A stretch of 64,000 bases of DNA, from assembly GCA_964016885.1 (NCBI GenBank), contig OZ024751.1:30380001-30444000 (forward strand), given 5' to 3'. Source of the stretch: Eledone cirrhosa. Taxonomy: Eukaryota. The notes beneath the pieces are model-generated. The model had not been told where the DNA came from. It searched no databases and worked only from the letters and a program-made list of their open reading frames with translations. This document shows positions 1 to 14,494 of this stretch, piece after piece. How positions within the stretch are numbered: position 1 is the first letter of the stretch; each line of letters begins with the position of its first letter. The translations under genes were made by a program, and so were the position numbers.

Positions 1-561
1 ATACATTTATATTTATATATACATTTATATTTATATATGTATATAGACATTTATATTATATATATATATGTGTATATATACATTTATATATATATATATA
101 TGTATATATACATTTATATATATATATATATATAATTTCTAATTTTTTTTTTCAATTCTTTTTCAGCGGCGGCCATGTTGTATTTGATAAAAATCATCAA
201 ATTCTCAACTTTCAAACATTAAAGATAATCAACAAGAAATGTTCTAACAAGACATCAGCTTGATCTAGCCACCTAGGGCGTAGTAAGTCTTTCGTCGTTG
301 TTTAGATTTTAAGCTTTAATTTACATTTGTTTTCGTTGTTTTTATTGGGGGGGGGGGGCTTATTATTATTAACATTATTGTTATTATTGTTATTTTTGTT
401 GTTGTTTTTGTTGTTGCTGTTTTTATTATTATTTTTTTCCTGTAAAACCCCACTGTCCCAGTCTTTTGTATTGTCCCCTATATGTCGGCCCTTGTGGCCA
501 ATCAATGAAATTATTATTATTATTATTATTAGTCCCCTACATGTCGGCCCTTGTGGTTAAT

Positions 562-569
562 AAATGAAA

Positions 570-604
<35 letters not shown>

Positions 605-881
605 ATTATTATTGTTGTTATTGTCATTATCGTTGTTGCTGTTGTTGTTATTGTTGTTATCATTATAGTATTTGTTGTTGAAATCATTATTATTATTATT
701 ATTATTATTATTGTTGTTATTGTCATTATCGTTGTTGCTGTTGTTGTTATTGTTGTTATCATTATAGTATTTGTTGTTGAAATCATTATTATTATTATTA
801 TTATTATTATTGTTGTTATTGTCATTATCGTTGTTGCTGTTGTTGTTATTGTTGTTATCATTATAGTATTTGTTGTTGAAA

Positions 882-928
<47 letters not shown>

Positions 929-1030
929 GTTATTGTCATTATCGTTATTGCTGTTGTTATTGTTGTTATTGTTGTTATTGTTGTTATTGTTATTGTTGTT
1001 GTTATCATTATAGTGTTTGTTGTTGTTATG
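562..1030. repeat. Compound (ATT)n/(GTT)n repeat with a ~110-bp higher-order unit, four copies
   Basis: GAAATC(ATT)n GTTGTTATTGTCATTATCG...ATCATTATAGTATTTGTTGTT recurs. Confidence 0.9.
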
Positions 1031-1262
1031 GTGCGTTTCTGTTGTTGTTATCGGACTGTTTAAAGTCTTCTGCGTAACTATTAAAGAACAATTGCTTTAT
1101 CTGGTAATTTGATAGGGGTTTTTTGGTAACGGGGAGGGGGCGGATGGGGGTCTCTCTCTATATTCTCACGGGTTTTGGGGAACAATAGAAGCCAATAAGT
1201 TTCTAGCTATTTTAGATATGTTGTCAAAAAAAAACGATCAGCACAATATACATACATGCATG

Positions 1263-1385
<123 letters not shown>

Positions 1386-1615
1386 GTATATATATATATA
1401 TATAAGCAAAGGGATATTTAATTTGTTGGTAATTCAGCAAATATATACAATATTTATAACAGATACAAAGCACTCGACAGCTTTTCTGGAGTATAATATC
1501 AATGATAATAATTGTTTCTACTTTAGGCACAAGGCCAGCATTACCCAGTGCATTACTGGTACTTTATTTTATCGACCCCGTAAGGATGAAAGGCAAAGTC
1601 AACCTCGGCGGGATT

Positions 1616-1914
1616 ATCAATGATAATAATAAATGGAAACTATATTAATAAAACCATATTTATTTAGTCTATTATCTATAGTTTTCATCATATAAAATAC
1701 AGAGCTTGTTTTATAAATATTGACATATCCAGGAATGAGACCTTAACGGTTAAAGTTTTACCTTTAAGGTGTCATTCCTGGATATGTCAATATTTATAAA
1801 ACAAGCTCTGTATTTTATCTGATGAGAGCGTACCAAAGTTTTGGTACCTTTGAAAAATATATATAATAGAATAAATATGGTTTTAGAAATATAGTTTCCA
1901 TTTATTAATATCAT

Positions 1915-1918
<4 letters not shown>
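1616..1918. mobile_element. Fold-back (inverted-repeat) element carrying an HHR; Penelope-like terminal-repeat derivative
   Basis: Arms centred near 1755 (...ATATTGACATATCCAGGAATGA / TCATTCCTGGATATGTCAATAT...). The left arm lacks HHR stem II. The right end abuts (TA)n. Confidence 0.6.
1811..1873 (+). ncRNA. Hammerhead ribozyme motif with degenerate stem III, in the right arm of a fold-back element
   Basis: TATTTTAT-CTGATGA-GAGCGTACCAAA GT TTTGGTACCTTT-GAAA-AATATATA-TA-ATAGAATA. Stem I is 8 bp and stem II is strong. Confidence 0.6.
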
Positions 1919-1984
<66 letters not shown>

Positions 1985-2010
1985 TTGATATATATATATA
2001 TATATATCAT

Positions 2011-2093
<83 letters not shown>

Positions 2094-2151
2094 TTATGCG
2101 AGGTTTGAACAACAGAAATAAAACAAAAGATGAAGATAGGTTCTAAATTAG

Positions 2152-2270
2152 TTCATTGATTTACGATCGTTTCAGAGGGTTGATTGATCATGATAAATCG
2201 ATATATTGACCACATATCACTAGTTTCGATATTCCAGATCCACCTCACCGCCTTCCTCAGAAACAATAAA
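2152..2270 (-). ncRNA. Type I hammerhead ribozyme with a long stem II
   Basis: Minus strand: TTTATTGTTT-CTGAGGA-[~80 nt imperfect hairpin, 2174-2253]-GAAA-CGATCG-TA-AATCAATGAA. Stem I pairs 9 of 10 positions, stem III is palindromic, GUA triplet. Confidence 0.7.
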
Positions 2271-2635
2271 AGCTCTCTCCGCATGATTTCGTTGGAATCA
2301 TCTCTTCAAGATTGCATCGAGTTCTAACAACCTTATTGACACCCGACCATAAACAGGTAGATACCAGTGTATGTATATATATGTATATATATATATATAT
2401 ATGTATATATACAAACATACATACAGTCTCGCAGTTTGAATATTTCGAGTAAGAAAAGATTTAAGTCAAATAAAACTATTTTCGCAACTTCAAGATGGAA
2501 ACTCACTTTAAGATTGTTTAAGTAACGAGAAGCATGAGAGAAACGTCTTTTAGCCTGAGCTGATTCATGTCTTTTGGAACAGTTTAAGACAATGCAATGC
2601 AAGAAACAGTTATATATAAGCCATCTTAGTTAAAG

Positions 2636-2676
2636 CATCACACAAGTTTCGATCATATTAGTTCTCCTCAGCGATG
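2636..2676 (-). ncRNA. Degenerate minimal hammerhead (GUG triplet, predicted inactive)
   Basis: Minus strand: CATCG-CTGAGGA-GAAC TAATAT GATC-GAAA-CTTG-TG-TGATG. Confidence 0.5.
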
Positions 2677-3235
2677 TGTATTTACTTATCAAGTTGGCTA
2701 ATTCAATGACGTTCTACTCTAGTTGTGTTCTTTTACATTCGTTTCATTTCAAGGCCATTCTGTCATATAGTTTCCATTATCTCATCTTAATTTTAAAACA
2801 TTTTATGACCTTTTCTTAATTTGATAATTTTAACTCTATATAGAAACTCTATCGCATTCGTCTGTAAATCCTTATTTTTTAAAACTTCAACTCTGTAATT
2901 TAAGTTTACGACCGAAGTAATATAATCTAATGTTATATAGTTTGCTCAAATCTTTACTTAAATCTACTTATCTCGTATATCATAAGCAAATATATCCTGT
3001 TTCGCTCATTTGTTAAGATCAAAGATCAGAGACACTGACTGTAAGAGAGTGGAGTTTAAGATGGCACACCTTGATAAACTTGTAACCGGGGGGAACGTTT
3101 GTCTTTTTAGTAAAGGGATATTTTTTTCTCATGGCAGATTTTACGGTCAAAGCCATGAGAGCCAAATGATCCGGCTGGATTAACAAACGAGGAACATCCA
3201 TGTTTCTGGATGTTATCCAACTATCTTGCTCCTGC

Positions 3236-3622
3236 TCTACCTCTGATGCAGTGGTGTGGGCAATGTCTACCTCTGATGCAGTGGTGTGGGCAAAGTCTAC
3301 CTCTGATGCAGTGGTGTGGGCAATGTCTACCTCTGATGCAGTGGTGTGGGCAAAGTCTACCTCTGATGCAGTGGTGTGGGCAATGTAGAATACAACCTTC
3401 TTCAAGTCTACCTCTGATGCAGTGGTGTGGGCAATGTAGAATACAACCTTCTTCAAGTCTACCTCTGATGCAGTGGTGTGGGCAAAGTCTACCTCTGATG
3501 CAGTGGTGTGGGCAATGTAGAATACAACCTTCTTCAAGTCTACCTCTGATGCAGTGGTGTGGGCAATGTCTACCTCTGATGCAGTGGTGTGGGCAATGTA
3601 GAATACAACCTTCTTCAAGTCT
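3236..3622. repeat. Minisatellite with interleaved 30-bp and 51-bp units
   Basis: Unit TCTACCTCTGATGCAGTGGTGTGGGCAA(T/A)G occurs ten times; four units carry an added TAGAATACAACCTTCTTCAAG. Confidence 0.95.
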
Positions 3623-3926
3623 GAATACGGCCGATTTCTTCCAGAGAAGCAGAGAGAAAGGGATATAGAAGAATTGAGAACGAAACATAGAGGAAGAATC
3701 GATCTTAGTATTGGTCTGTTGATTTTTTTTATTGACACTCGAAAGTATCAATTTCAAAGTTGATCTCGGCGGGATTTTAATTCAGCGCGCAGAGAGCCAG
3801 AAAGAATTCTGAAAAGCATTCTATCCGAGATTTTAACAATTTTGCCAATTCGCTGCCTGAGTTTCTTTTACACCAAACACTAAAACGTATTCTAGTTTCT
3901 CTATTTTAAGCTTACATACAATTATA

Positions 3927-4122
3927 ATGATCTCTACTCTAGGCAGAGGGCCAGCGATTAAATCGACCTTAGTGTGTGACTAGTACTTTATTTTATCGAC
4001 CCCGTAAGGATGAAAGGCAAAGTTAACTTCAGCGGGATTTGAACTTAGATCATAAAGGCCCGTAACTCTATGTTGCAAAGCATGGCGTCCAACCCTCTAC
4101 CGATATTGGCAATCCACCGCCC
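3927..4122 (-). mobile_element. SINE family 1
   Basis: Reverse complement. A degenerate copy precedes it at ~3745-3860 and a 3' fragment lies at 1511-1615. Confidence 0.75.
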
Positions 4123-4584
4123 TCAGCTTACATACAATTATAATAAATTCCGGAAAAGCATACGCATACCATACCTCTAGCCACAAACTTCCAAGCTTCC
4201 TCAAATTCCAATCTTCTTCAACAGTGTGTGAATACCAGAAGTAAGATTAATTTCAAATCTATAGATTCTTCGGAACGTTGACACGGAGATGAGAAGTGTT
4301 CGGATTTCAGGATTATTAGCCAAATTTAAGAGTTAATTAGATTAAACACGAGTTGTCTATAACGATAGTGAGACCTTGATACAAGCAGGATAAATTAGAT
4401 TTGGTGTTTGGACGTGACGGAGGTGGAGGTGGCGTGGCGGGAGGGGTGGAGAAAAGATAGAAATGGTGAAAGAAGTAGGAAAAGAAAAAGAATGCAGAGG
4501 AGGGAAAAAGGGAAAGAAGAAAAATTAGAAAGAGAATGAAAAAAAAAAGATGAGGCAAAAGGAGTGAAGTAAGAAACGAAGAAG

Positions 4585-4615
<31 letters not shown>

Positions 4616-4859
4616 TACACCGAGGAAAAAGCGGGAGCTACTGTATACGGAATAGCAGCAGTAGAAAGAGAGAGAGAGAGAGAGAGGGGGAGAGAGAAAG
4701 AGAGAGAGAGAGAGTTCCGTGTGTGTTCATGTGCGTGATGAGAAGTAATTAAAGGTTATTCCAACCATTCTATTATAACAGAGAGATCATATCAATTAGA
4801 CAGACTGTAAAATACGTTATGACATGTTGTAGTCACATAAATAATTCATCAATGTCGAA

Positions 4860-4901
<42 letters not shown>

Positions 4902-4972
4902 AGACAGACACACACAGACAGACACACATATATATATACATGTATATATATACATGTATATATATACATGTG

Positions 4973-5005
<33 letters not shown>

Positions 5006-5006
5006 A

Positions 5007-5135
<129 letters not shown>

Positions 5136-5179
5136 GTATATATATACATGTGTGTATATATATACATGTATATATATAC

Positions 5180-5215
<36 letters not shown>

Positions 5216-5392
5216 AGTCATTGCAACCACAGTCAAATATTTCTGTCCAAGTCACTCCACTATTTCCATCACACCTGGCAACTAAGTCCCTTCTGAGGAT
5301 TTTATCATCTGAGAGTTAATCGATGAAGGTTCGAGCAGATCCTTTTCTACTGTGTCTCTTGTGAGTTAGTTCACACAAGGTACTATATATTC

Positions 5393-5514
<122 letters not shown>

Positions 5515-5622
5515 TTATATATATATATATATATTTATATATACATATATATATATATATTTATATATATTTATATATATATATTTATATATATTTATAT
5601 ATATATATACATATATATATAC

Positions 5623-5698
<76 letters not shown>

Positions 5699-5763
5699 TT
5701 ATATATGTATATATATATATTTGTGTATGTATGTGTGTACATATGTCTATGTGTGTACATATA

Positions 5764-5828
<65 letters not shown>

Positions 5829-5904
5829 ACGTACATATATGCCTATATATACACATATGTGTGTGTGTGTATGTACATATATGTCTATATCTATGTATGC
5901 GTAT

Positions 5905-5952
<48 letters not shown>

Positions 5953-6280
5953 GTGTATATATATATATATACACATGTGTGTGTATGTGTGAGCGTTTAA
6001 GTGTGTGTAATCTTTGTAACCTATTCGTTGTACGACAGTTTTGTAGGAGCCCCTTTAACTGAAACCCCAGCAATACTAGGGAAAGTAAAGAAAACTATCA
6101 GCAACAACACACAAAAATAAAATCTCATCAAATTTCCCCGACATTGTGACATATCCTTGGGTCTGTCGTTTTTATTGGATAGGAATAAATTTCTCGCTAA
6201 ATTTAAGCAGACACGATAAATTTCAAATGATGAAAATTAGACCAGATTTCACGATCACATCACACTAAAAATAATGGTGT

Positions 6281-6367
<87 letters not shown>

Positions 6368-6463
6368 AGAGAGGTGTATATATTGACGGATACTGAGTCA
6401 GACGTGGCCATGTGTACAGTATCATATATAATATAACATGCATGTGTGCGTGCACATATTCAT

Positions 6464-6506
<43 letters not shown>

Positions 6507-6556
6507 CTTATATACACACACATACATATATACATACATACACCCACACACACACG

Positions 6557-6588
<32 letters not shown>

Positions 6589-6685
6589 CTTATATACACA
6601 CACATACATATATACATACATACACCCATCCACACACGCACACACATATATATATATCTATATATCTATATATATATATATATAT

Positions 6686-6826
6686 TAGAATAGAACCACT
6701 TTTAAACTAGTTAGTCAATTGCTTAACAGAGTACTCGATACTTGGGATAGTAGAGAATAGCTATATTATAAAGAGTCGGAGCCCTACCGTTGAGCTCTTG
6801 CCGATTCAACAGGTAGTGTTCCTGTA

Positions 6827-6830
<4 letters not shown>
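6686..6830 (-). mobile_element. Divergent subfamily of family A
   Basis: Shares GAGTACTCGATACTT.GGG.TAGTAGAG and GAGCTC..GCCG motifs with family A. Its tail (TAAACTAGTTAG) matches 56687-56825. Confidence 0.55.
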
Positions 6831-6881
<51 letters not shown>

Positions 6882-8730
6882 GAGAGGGGGCTCATTAGAT
6901 AATGTAGTCCTTGACATTCAATGACCAAAAGAAGAGGTGATCGGAGCTGAAGCTCCTTTTATCCAGGATTTGGGGCTAAACACCACCACCATCAATGACA
7001 TTGACGACAATGACGGCGTTTAAAACAATATTATGGGAGATACCCTACTATATTTGTATTTAGTATATCATGCACCACCCATTATTGATTCGCTATGCAA
7101 AAATTTTACCTCAACATTTAGCAGCAACTCTTAAAATACGTTGATATCTATAATAATAGCCACAACACAAGAGTATCTCGTTAATAAAGACGTTTATTTG
7201 TTGACAGTCCTCGTTATAAGATTCATGTCATCAAACGTTGAAAACATTGAAGAGTGTGATACCTATGGTGACTTCAGCCGGTACCTGGAGTATATATAAC
7301 GAGTGTCCTCCATTGATAATCCACTGTGAAAAGTATAAACAACGAATTTATGGGCATCGGCATAACAAAATTAAGCAGCTTTTACCGGATATTTTTTCTG
7401 AAAAAGTTATGACGTCAGCTAGAGGAAGACATAATCTTTAAGACGTCATATTTGCTGTTCTTTGGGAATCGACGACAAAATTTACCGGATATTTTTTCTG
7501 AACCAGACAGATGTGAAAACGTCAGATGGGTGGATGCGTAACCCTTAAAACATCATGTTTCCTCTTCCTTAAAGTGTTAAGGACCCCCATCCCCAACAGA
7601 ATCATTATTTATCTTTATATTCTTTTTAGAAAATCTAGATTTATGTAGTTTGAAATTCTAATAATATTTGACGAGAAATGAAACTGTATATTGCCATTTG
7701 CCAATATCATTTTTCCTCTCGAAACCTTGTGAAAATGACGAAAATTACTCACAAAATAGTTTTGTTCCGTTTATCAATGTCAAATTAATTAAACATCCCT
7801 CTCCGCTACACTCACTCCTGTTAAACACATTATAATAATTATCAAACCTTTAAAGTATAACTGCATTATTTGTTGTTGTTGGTGGTGTTGGTGGTGGTGT
7901 TTTTTAGTTATAAAAATTTGATAAGGAATATTTGCAGATGTTTAAATAGTTTTTATTTTTTATTTATTAATTTTTTTTATTTTTTATTATTTTTTAAAGT
8001 TTTTTTTTTTTTCTTTTTAGTCGTGACCTCTGGAAAGCAATACCAGTTGTGCTCACAAAAAGAAACCAAAAAAAAAAACCTTGCGAAAGCAGATTTCACA
8101 CATAATTTACAGCATAAAATGTGTATTTCTCATACCATTCCAAAGTTAATTTGCTATGTTAAGTAATCTTAGTGCTTTAGTAAAATTATGGTGGACTGAG
8201 GCAATGGGAATTATTAGAAAGAAAGAGAAAACGAAATCGTAAACGAAAAACGACAAAAAATAACAAAAAACGACGACGACACGGTGTTGGGTGTGTTTAT
8301 GAAAATTGAGCTTTTACAATGATATATTACCTTTTAGTAGCAGCAGGACATTGACTAATTAGTAGAGTGGTTACAGTTCTGAAAGTTCTTGTCATGTTTG
8401 CAATCAGCATGCTCCACCACCACGTGAAGATGGAGTCCTGTATACAGCGAAAAAGAAATAACATTGTCTCCATTACCCAGTTTGCAAATCTTGCATTTTT
8501 ATGGATACAGTTAGTTTGTAAGATCTTTGTAATCATAATAATTTGATACTTCTTCTTCGAAGCCCTTCACTGCTTCTTCTTTCTTACTTTCTTATTAAAG
8601 TGTTGTAGCAAATACCGAAAACCTAGTCATTTATCATCATCATCACGGTCAAACATTACTGATAAATCTCTTCATAATTCCTGATATTCCATTATTCCTG
8701 GCAACTGCTCATTACTGAAGTTTGTCATTT

Positions 8731-8887
8731 ATAAGTTTGACTTATTAGTAACCACTTCTTACTAGTGTGTTGCATTAATAAATTTGACTTATTAGTAACC
8801 ACTTCTTACTAGTGTGTTGCATTAATAAGTTTGACTTATTAGTAACCACTTCTTACTAGTGTGTTGCATTAATAAGTTTCACTTATT
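8731..8887. repeat. 47-bp tandem repeat, about 3.3 copies
   Basis: ATAAGTTTGACTTATTAGTAACCACTTCTTACTAGTGTGTTGCATTA. Confidence 0.9.
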
Positions 8888-10151
8888 GACAAAAGATTAC
8901 ATATGGTTTTCACTTGCACTTTAACTTGTTTAAAGACCTTTTCAATTTCCCTCTTGTCAAATGTGTTAACTATTCTATGGCAATAGAAACTATGTATAGT
9001 GCATTTAAGTTCAGAGTTTTGATCACACTAATAAGTTGTTTTTTTCAAGTAGACCATTTACTTCAACTCATTGAAATTTAAATTCAAATGTGTAACTTTT
9101 TACGTCTTCTCTATGGGGCCCTTAAGTATGTATGTATGTATGTATGTATGTATGTATGTATGTATGTATGTATGTATGTATGTATGTATGTATTATGTAT
9201 GTATGTATGTGTGTATGGGCCCATAATTCCTTCTGACACATAGAGGTGCCGTTGTGCCATAGAGGATTTCTTGACCATTTTAAACCTGGCAGAGCTCACC
9301 TCCTTTCCAGGTCTGAAATTCTTAGAAAATATAGAAACTTCAAAGGCAGAAAGTAACTGTAACTACAGTTGTGTGCTGTCTTCTTAAGCAAAACACTTCA
9401 TTTCACCTTGTTCCAGCATACTCAGCTGAAAATGAGTACCAACAATAGCTGGGAGTTTAACGATGTGATGAAATGGCGTCCGGTTCAGGGGGGAGTCTTG
9501 TACTCTCGGTCACTTCACGCCACGGAACTGGGATAAGCACGTGTCTAGTGAGCTTTCCGGCTCGAGACAGACTTAAGACAGTCGATTGCTATAAATAATA
9601 GCTTTAAAAATTTGGTAAAATACCCCTAAAGACGGACAAAAACTGGTCAGCAGCCGCTACGAAGAATCGAACTCCATACCTCTGGAGGTTATAGTAAAGA
9701 TACTTGCCCAAGATACCACGTAGTGAGGTCGAATTGATTAATAGAGGTCTGGGTCGGCTAAAAAAAAACAGTTTAATTAAAATGGATATTATAAGTGTAA
9801 TGCGATGAGAATTAAGAATTCAAATCTAGAAAACAGAGATCGCATTACTTCTTCATTTTCTTTTTTAATGAAAAAATGTAATTACTAAGCTTCATGTTAA
9901 TCTGGAAAACACGAGAGTCACCTCATTTATAGCCATATTGCATAAGATATTATTATCCAATATAAACTATTGCACACACACACACACACACATATATATA
10001 TAATGTATATATATAGACATCATAAACATGATTATATATACATATGCATATATATATTGAATAAAAAGCAAGCGAAACAATCAAGGGGTGAAATAGGTGA
10101 TTAGTTATGCAGATTACGAGCCGGTAGAGAGAAGGTTCGTGTGCTCGATAC

Positions 10152-10207
<56 letters not shown>

Positions 10208-10262
10208 ACATGTATGTATATATTTATATATATATATATTTATATATATGTATATATGTATG

Positions 10263-10402
<140 letters not shown>

Positions 10403-10707
10403 CAAATACACACACAAACACACAATATATATATATATTGTGTGTTTGTGTGTGTATTTGTAAATTCATTAAAGAAACACCAAACAAGATAAAACGTTAC
10501 CTGATTTACTTCGAGCTCACGACTGCAGTTTCGCTGATTCATTCGTAAAGAATCATCAAGAATTTCCTGAGGACTTGAACTTCTTACGATTGAAACAGTT
10601 CTATTCCTGTAGAGTCATTTCTATAATAGCATATTGAGTACCTTTTTAAACTGCGATCATCTCCCGATATACATCGGAAATACACACACACACACACAAA
10701 CACACAA

Positions 10708-10760
<53 letters not shown>

Positions 10761-10762
<2 letters not shown>

Positions 10763-10954
10763 AAAAAGTATGACCACGACGGCAGAGCTCAAGCCGTTTC
10801 GACGGCTATTTCTGGACGTCCAGAAATAGCCGTTGAAACGGCTTGAGCCCGGCCGTCGGGGTCATACTTTTTCCTATTTCCAATTCTTACTACCCTAAGT
10901 ATTGAGTACTCTGGTGCGTTATGGTCCATTTGGTTCCTTACCACAATTCCTTTG

Positions 10955-10957
<3 letters not shown>
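10761..10957. mobile_element. Family A fold-back element, opposite orientation
   Basis: Loop-less imperfect palindrome 10761-10874 centred on GGAC|GTCC, the same tail as the 60871 copy, flanked by (TA)n. Confidence 0.75.
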
Positions 10958-10993
<36 letters not shown>

Positions 10994-11000
10994 ATGTGTA

Positions 11001-11031
<31 letters not shown>

Positions 11032-11409
11032 GTATAATATACAATATGTAAGATTTACTTTCTGGTGATAAATGTGTCAGTAACGTTTCAACGATTCCTT
11101 CTCCTGACTGCTGATGTATATATGTATATATATATATAATATAATATAATATAATTAGTTGGTAATTACGATGGTAGACTGGTTGGTACTACTGTAACGA
11201 GTTAGTTAGGTTTAACATAGGACTAATTTGTTATACGCCCACAGTGTACTCAATACTGTCAAATATTAGGAGATTAAAGGCAGCTGACGCTAATCTACTG
11301 TATCGGCTTTATAACATTTGCTGAATATTCCCTTAATTGACTGAACGTCGACCAAGCTCTAAGGGGCTGCACTACTTACCTTGTACCCACAGTTCTCTTT
11401 TCTTTATAA

Positions 11410-11823
11410 TGATTTCTGATTTGGGCTCAAGGCCAAGGCCAATAATTTTGGTGGTAAGGGAAAGTCGATTAAATCAACCCCAGAGCGTTACTGGTACTTT
11501 ATTTTATCAACCCCCGTAATGATGGAAGGCAAAGTACCTCGATGGGATTTGAACTCAGAATTTGCTTATCATTTATCCAACACACTGTCTCTGCTAATCC
11601 ACTGTCCACTGATGATAATGGCTTCTGGTATAGGCACATGGCCAACAATTTTGGGAGGAGGGAAAAGTCATTTAAATCTACCCCAGTGTATTACTGGTAC
11701 TTCAATTTATCAAACCCCGTATTGATGAAAGACAAAGCTAAACCAGGCATGATCTGAATTCAGAACGTAGAAAGTCGTATCTAAATATCGCAAAGCTCTA
11801 CCAATGCTGCCAATCTACCGCCC
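11410..11823 (-). mobile_element. Two tandem SINE family 1 copies
   Basis: Copies at ~11410-11560 and ~11617-11823. Others nearby at ~12294-12450 (+) and ~13068-13196 (-). Confidence 0.7.
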
Positions 11824-12562
11824 TTACCTAAGTAATAATAACACTGGAGTGAAATGCAGCTGGTGCGTGTGTTTTTATTGACAGCATGACCCTCCCTCAG
11901 TGTATGGTATTAGTTGTGTATATGGTATTAGGTGTGTGTAATGTATTATCATAGTTCTCTCTATCACAGTCAACACATGATTCGCCAAACTTTCAATGTC
12001 TAATTTAATTTACTAATATGATAAATAGTGAAATAAATGCTTTATCTAATGAGATAGATCTGGTTATATATACAAACACGCCAGATCTTGCTGACCCGTA
12101 TTGGCATTATACTCCATTCCGTTTACTAACTAGTTTCCTGTCGTTGTTGTTGTTGTTGTTGTTGTTTAGCCCTAGGCTTGTCCTGATCGAGCAGATTGAT
12201 GATCAAAGTTGTTCCAGTTGTGACTACCCATCCTTTTCTTTAGAAATAGTGTATCAGGCGCTACATTATCTACTATGCCCTTCTGATGATTCTTTACGTT
12301 CTGAGCTCAAATCCCGCTGAGATCAACTTTGCCATTCGTCCTTCCAGGGTCGATAAAATAAAGTACCACTCAAATACTGAGATCGATGCAATCGTCCCCC
12401 CACCCCACCGAAAAAAAATTGATAATTGCTGGCCTTGTGCCAAAATATAATATGTCTTATATGTTTGAAATGGCTGAGTGTGGTTTAATGGAAATGTTGG
12501 TGATTTTCCGATAGATTAAGCGACTCCATGAAGTGGAAGTGATGGCTACAAATCCTTCTTGT

Positions 12563-12646
<84 letters not shown>

Positions 12647-12789
12647 ATATTCTCAAGCGTTTTCAGCTTGGCGCCGCGGATTTTACCTATCTCGATACCC
12701 ATCTCTGCATCTTCCCATGCATTGAGTACTCTCATGCTTAGTGGTCTCCTCGCTCTCAGCACCACAGACTCTCTCTCTCTCTCACTCTG

Positions 12790-12837
<48 letters not shown>

Positions 12838-13770
12838 GTAGATTATATTTCTTCAGTACGTCCATTCAAATGGATCAGTCCATTAGTTCTGGTGTTAGGT
12901 AGCATGTAATCGCGTTCTTATTTATTCTCATAAATTGCCTTCTCCAATGTGATAATATTTCCTCCATTAGCTTACTAAATGTTGTTTATGTACTGCCACT
13001 CCTGTACAATTTTATGTAGTTTTCCACGTTAAGATGCAGCTATTGATCTCTTCAGACGTGTCAAATAATTGTTTCTACTTTAGGCACAAGGCCAGCAATT
13101 ACCCAGTACATTACTGGTACTTTATTTTATCGACCCCGTAAGGATGAAAGGCAAAGTTAACCTCGGCGGGATTTGAACTCAGCCAATCGACCGCCCTAAC
13201 GTGTCAAATAATGGTACATCATCACGCTTACATATGTTCCCTTACACTACAGAGTGCACTGGGTGCGTTTTATCATGGCATTAACACTAAGGAGGTTCTC
13301 ATGTCCTTGAGACGACTGAAGAGTTTTCGCAACCCTTTATTTGGCATGGTTTTTATGGCTGGATGCCCTTCTTATCACCGACAATATTACAAAGTGTACC
13401 AGGTACGTTTTATCATGGCACCATCACATTTTTTTTCTTTGTGTTGTGTATTTGAAATCTATTCTTTCTGTTTGATTCACACAGCAATAAAACCATTGCC
13501 CCAATGACCTGTTGAATCGTTGAAAATTCTTAAGGATTAAATATCTCGCTCTGAGCAACTGCATAGACTCGCGTCATTCTATAACACACACATACACACA
13601 CACACAGAAACACACACACACTCACTCAAGCACATGAGTGTGTGAATGAGTGTTTATGAATTTGTGTATGATTCATTCCAGGGGTTCGTGTACATGTTTG
13701 TGAGTGTGTTTCTATCTATATAAGAAGACATACACACTCGCTAAGACATTATATATATAGGGAGAGAGAT

Positions 13771-13808
<38 letters not shown>

Positions 13809-14494
13809 AGTGTGGGGTCTCTGTCACTCTTTGAATCCGCTTATATAAAAGAATCAAAATCGTCACTGACAGGATACATTTGGTGAAAGACACCAATTTA
13901 TAATAGATATGTTTACTGAATTCTCGGTTCCTTTCTTTCTGTCACGCCGCAAAAGCCCCACTTAGGGTAAAAGTTGACACTAAGACGTTTTTGAAAATGA
14001 CTAAAGCTTCATAAGCACCACCACCACCACCACCACCATCTCCACCAACAACAACAACAACAACAGCAAAAACCAATAACGGCAATGACTACAACAACAA
14101 CGATAACAAGAACGAGAACAACAACAACAATAACAACAAGAACAAGAACAACGAGAACAACAACCAGAGAAAATACGTAAAGAAAGAAGTATATAGAAAT
14201 AGCGCTCGGTAGTTTAATATATTTTCAGCGGGAATATAAAAGATGATTTATCTTACAGGGTTTCTTCAAATAATACCTGATTAAACGTGTTACGTTTCTA
14301 AATATCTTCGTTTGATCTCACGAATGTATCTAGCAACAGATATAGGTGCTAGTTATGGGTCGTAAATTTAAAGGTTATGTAAGAAAGTAGTCATTGTACA
14401 TAGTCTGAGCAAGAAACTCTCATGGAATGACCAAATGGGGTTTATTTTTTAACATAGTCCTTGAAAAGAAACACTGCAGTTATTAATAAGAAAA

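Noticed and set aside
3236-3622. CRISPR-like appearance (30-bp repeat with inserts)
   Set aside because: The inserts are identical rather than unique spacers, most repeats are directly adjacent, there are no cas genes and the context is eukaryotic.
5288-5345. CTGAGGA hammerhead candidate
   Set aside because: There is no GAAA-stem III-NUH and no stem I closure.
8327-8720. Higher-complexity segment with a minus-strand AAG|GTAAT donor-like end
   Set aside because: The frames I read are short or contain stops and I recognise no protein family; it needs tBLASTx.
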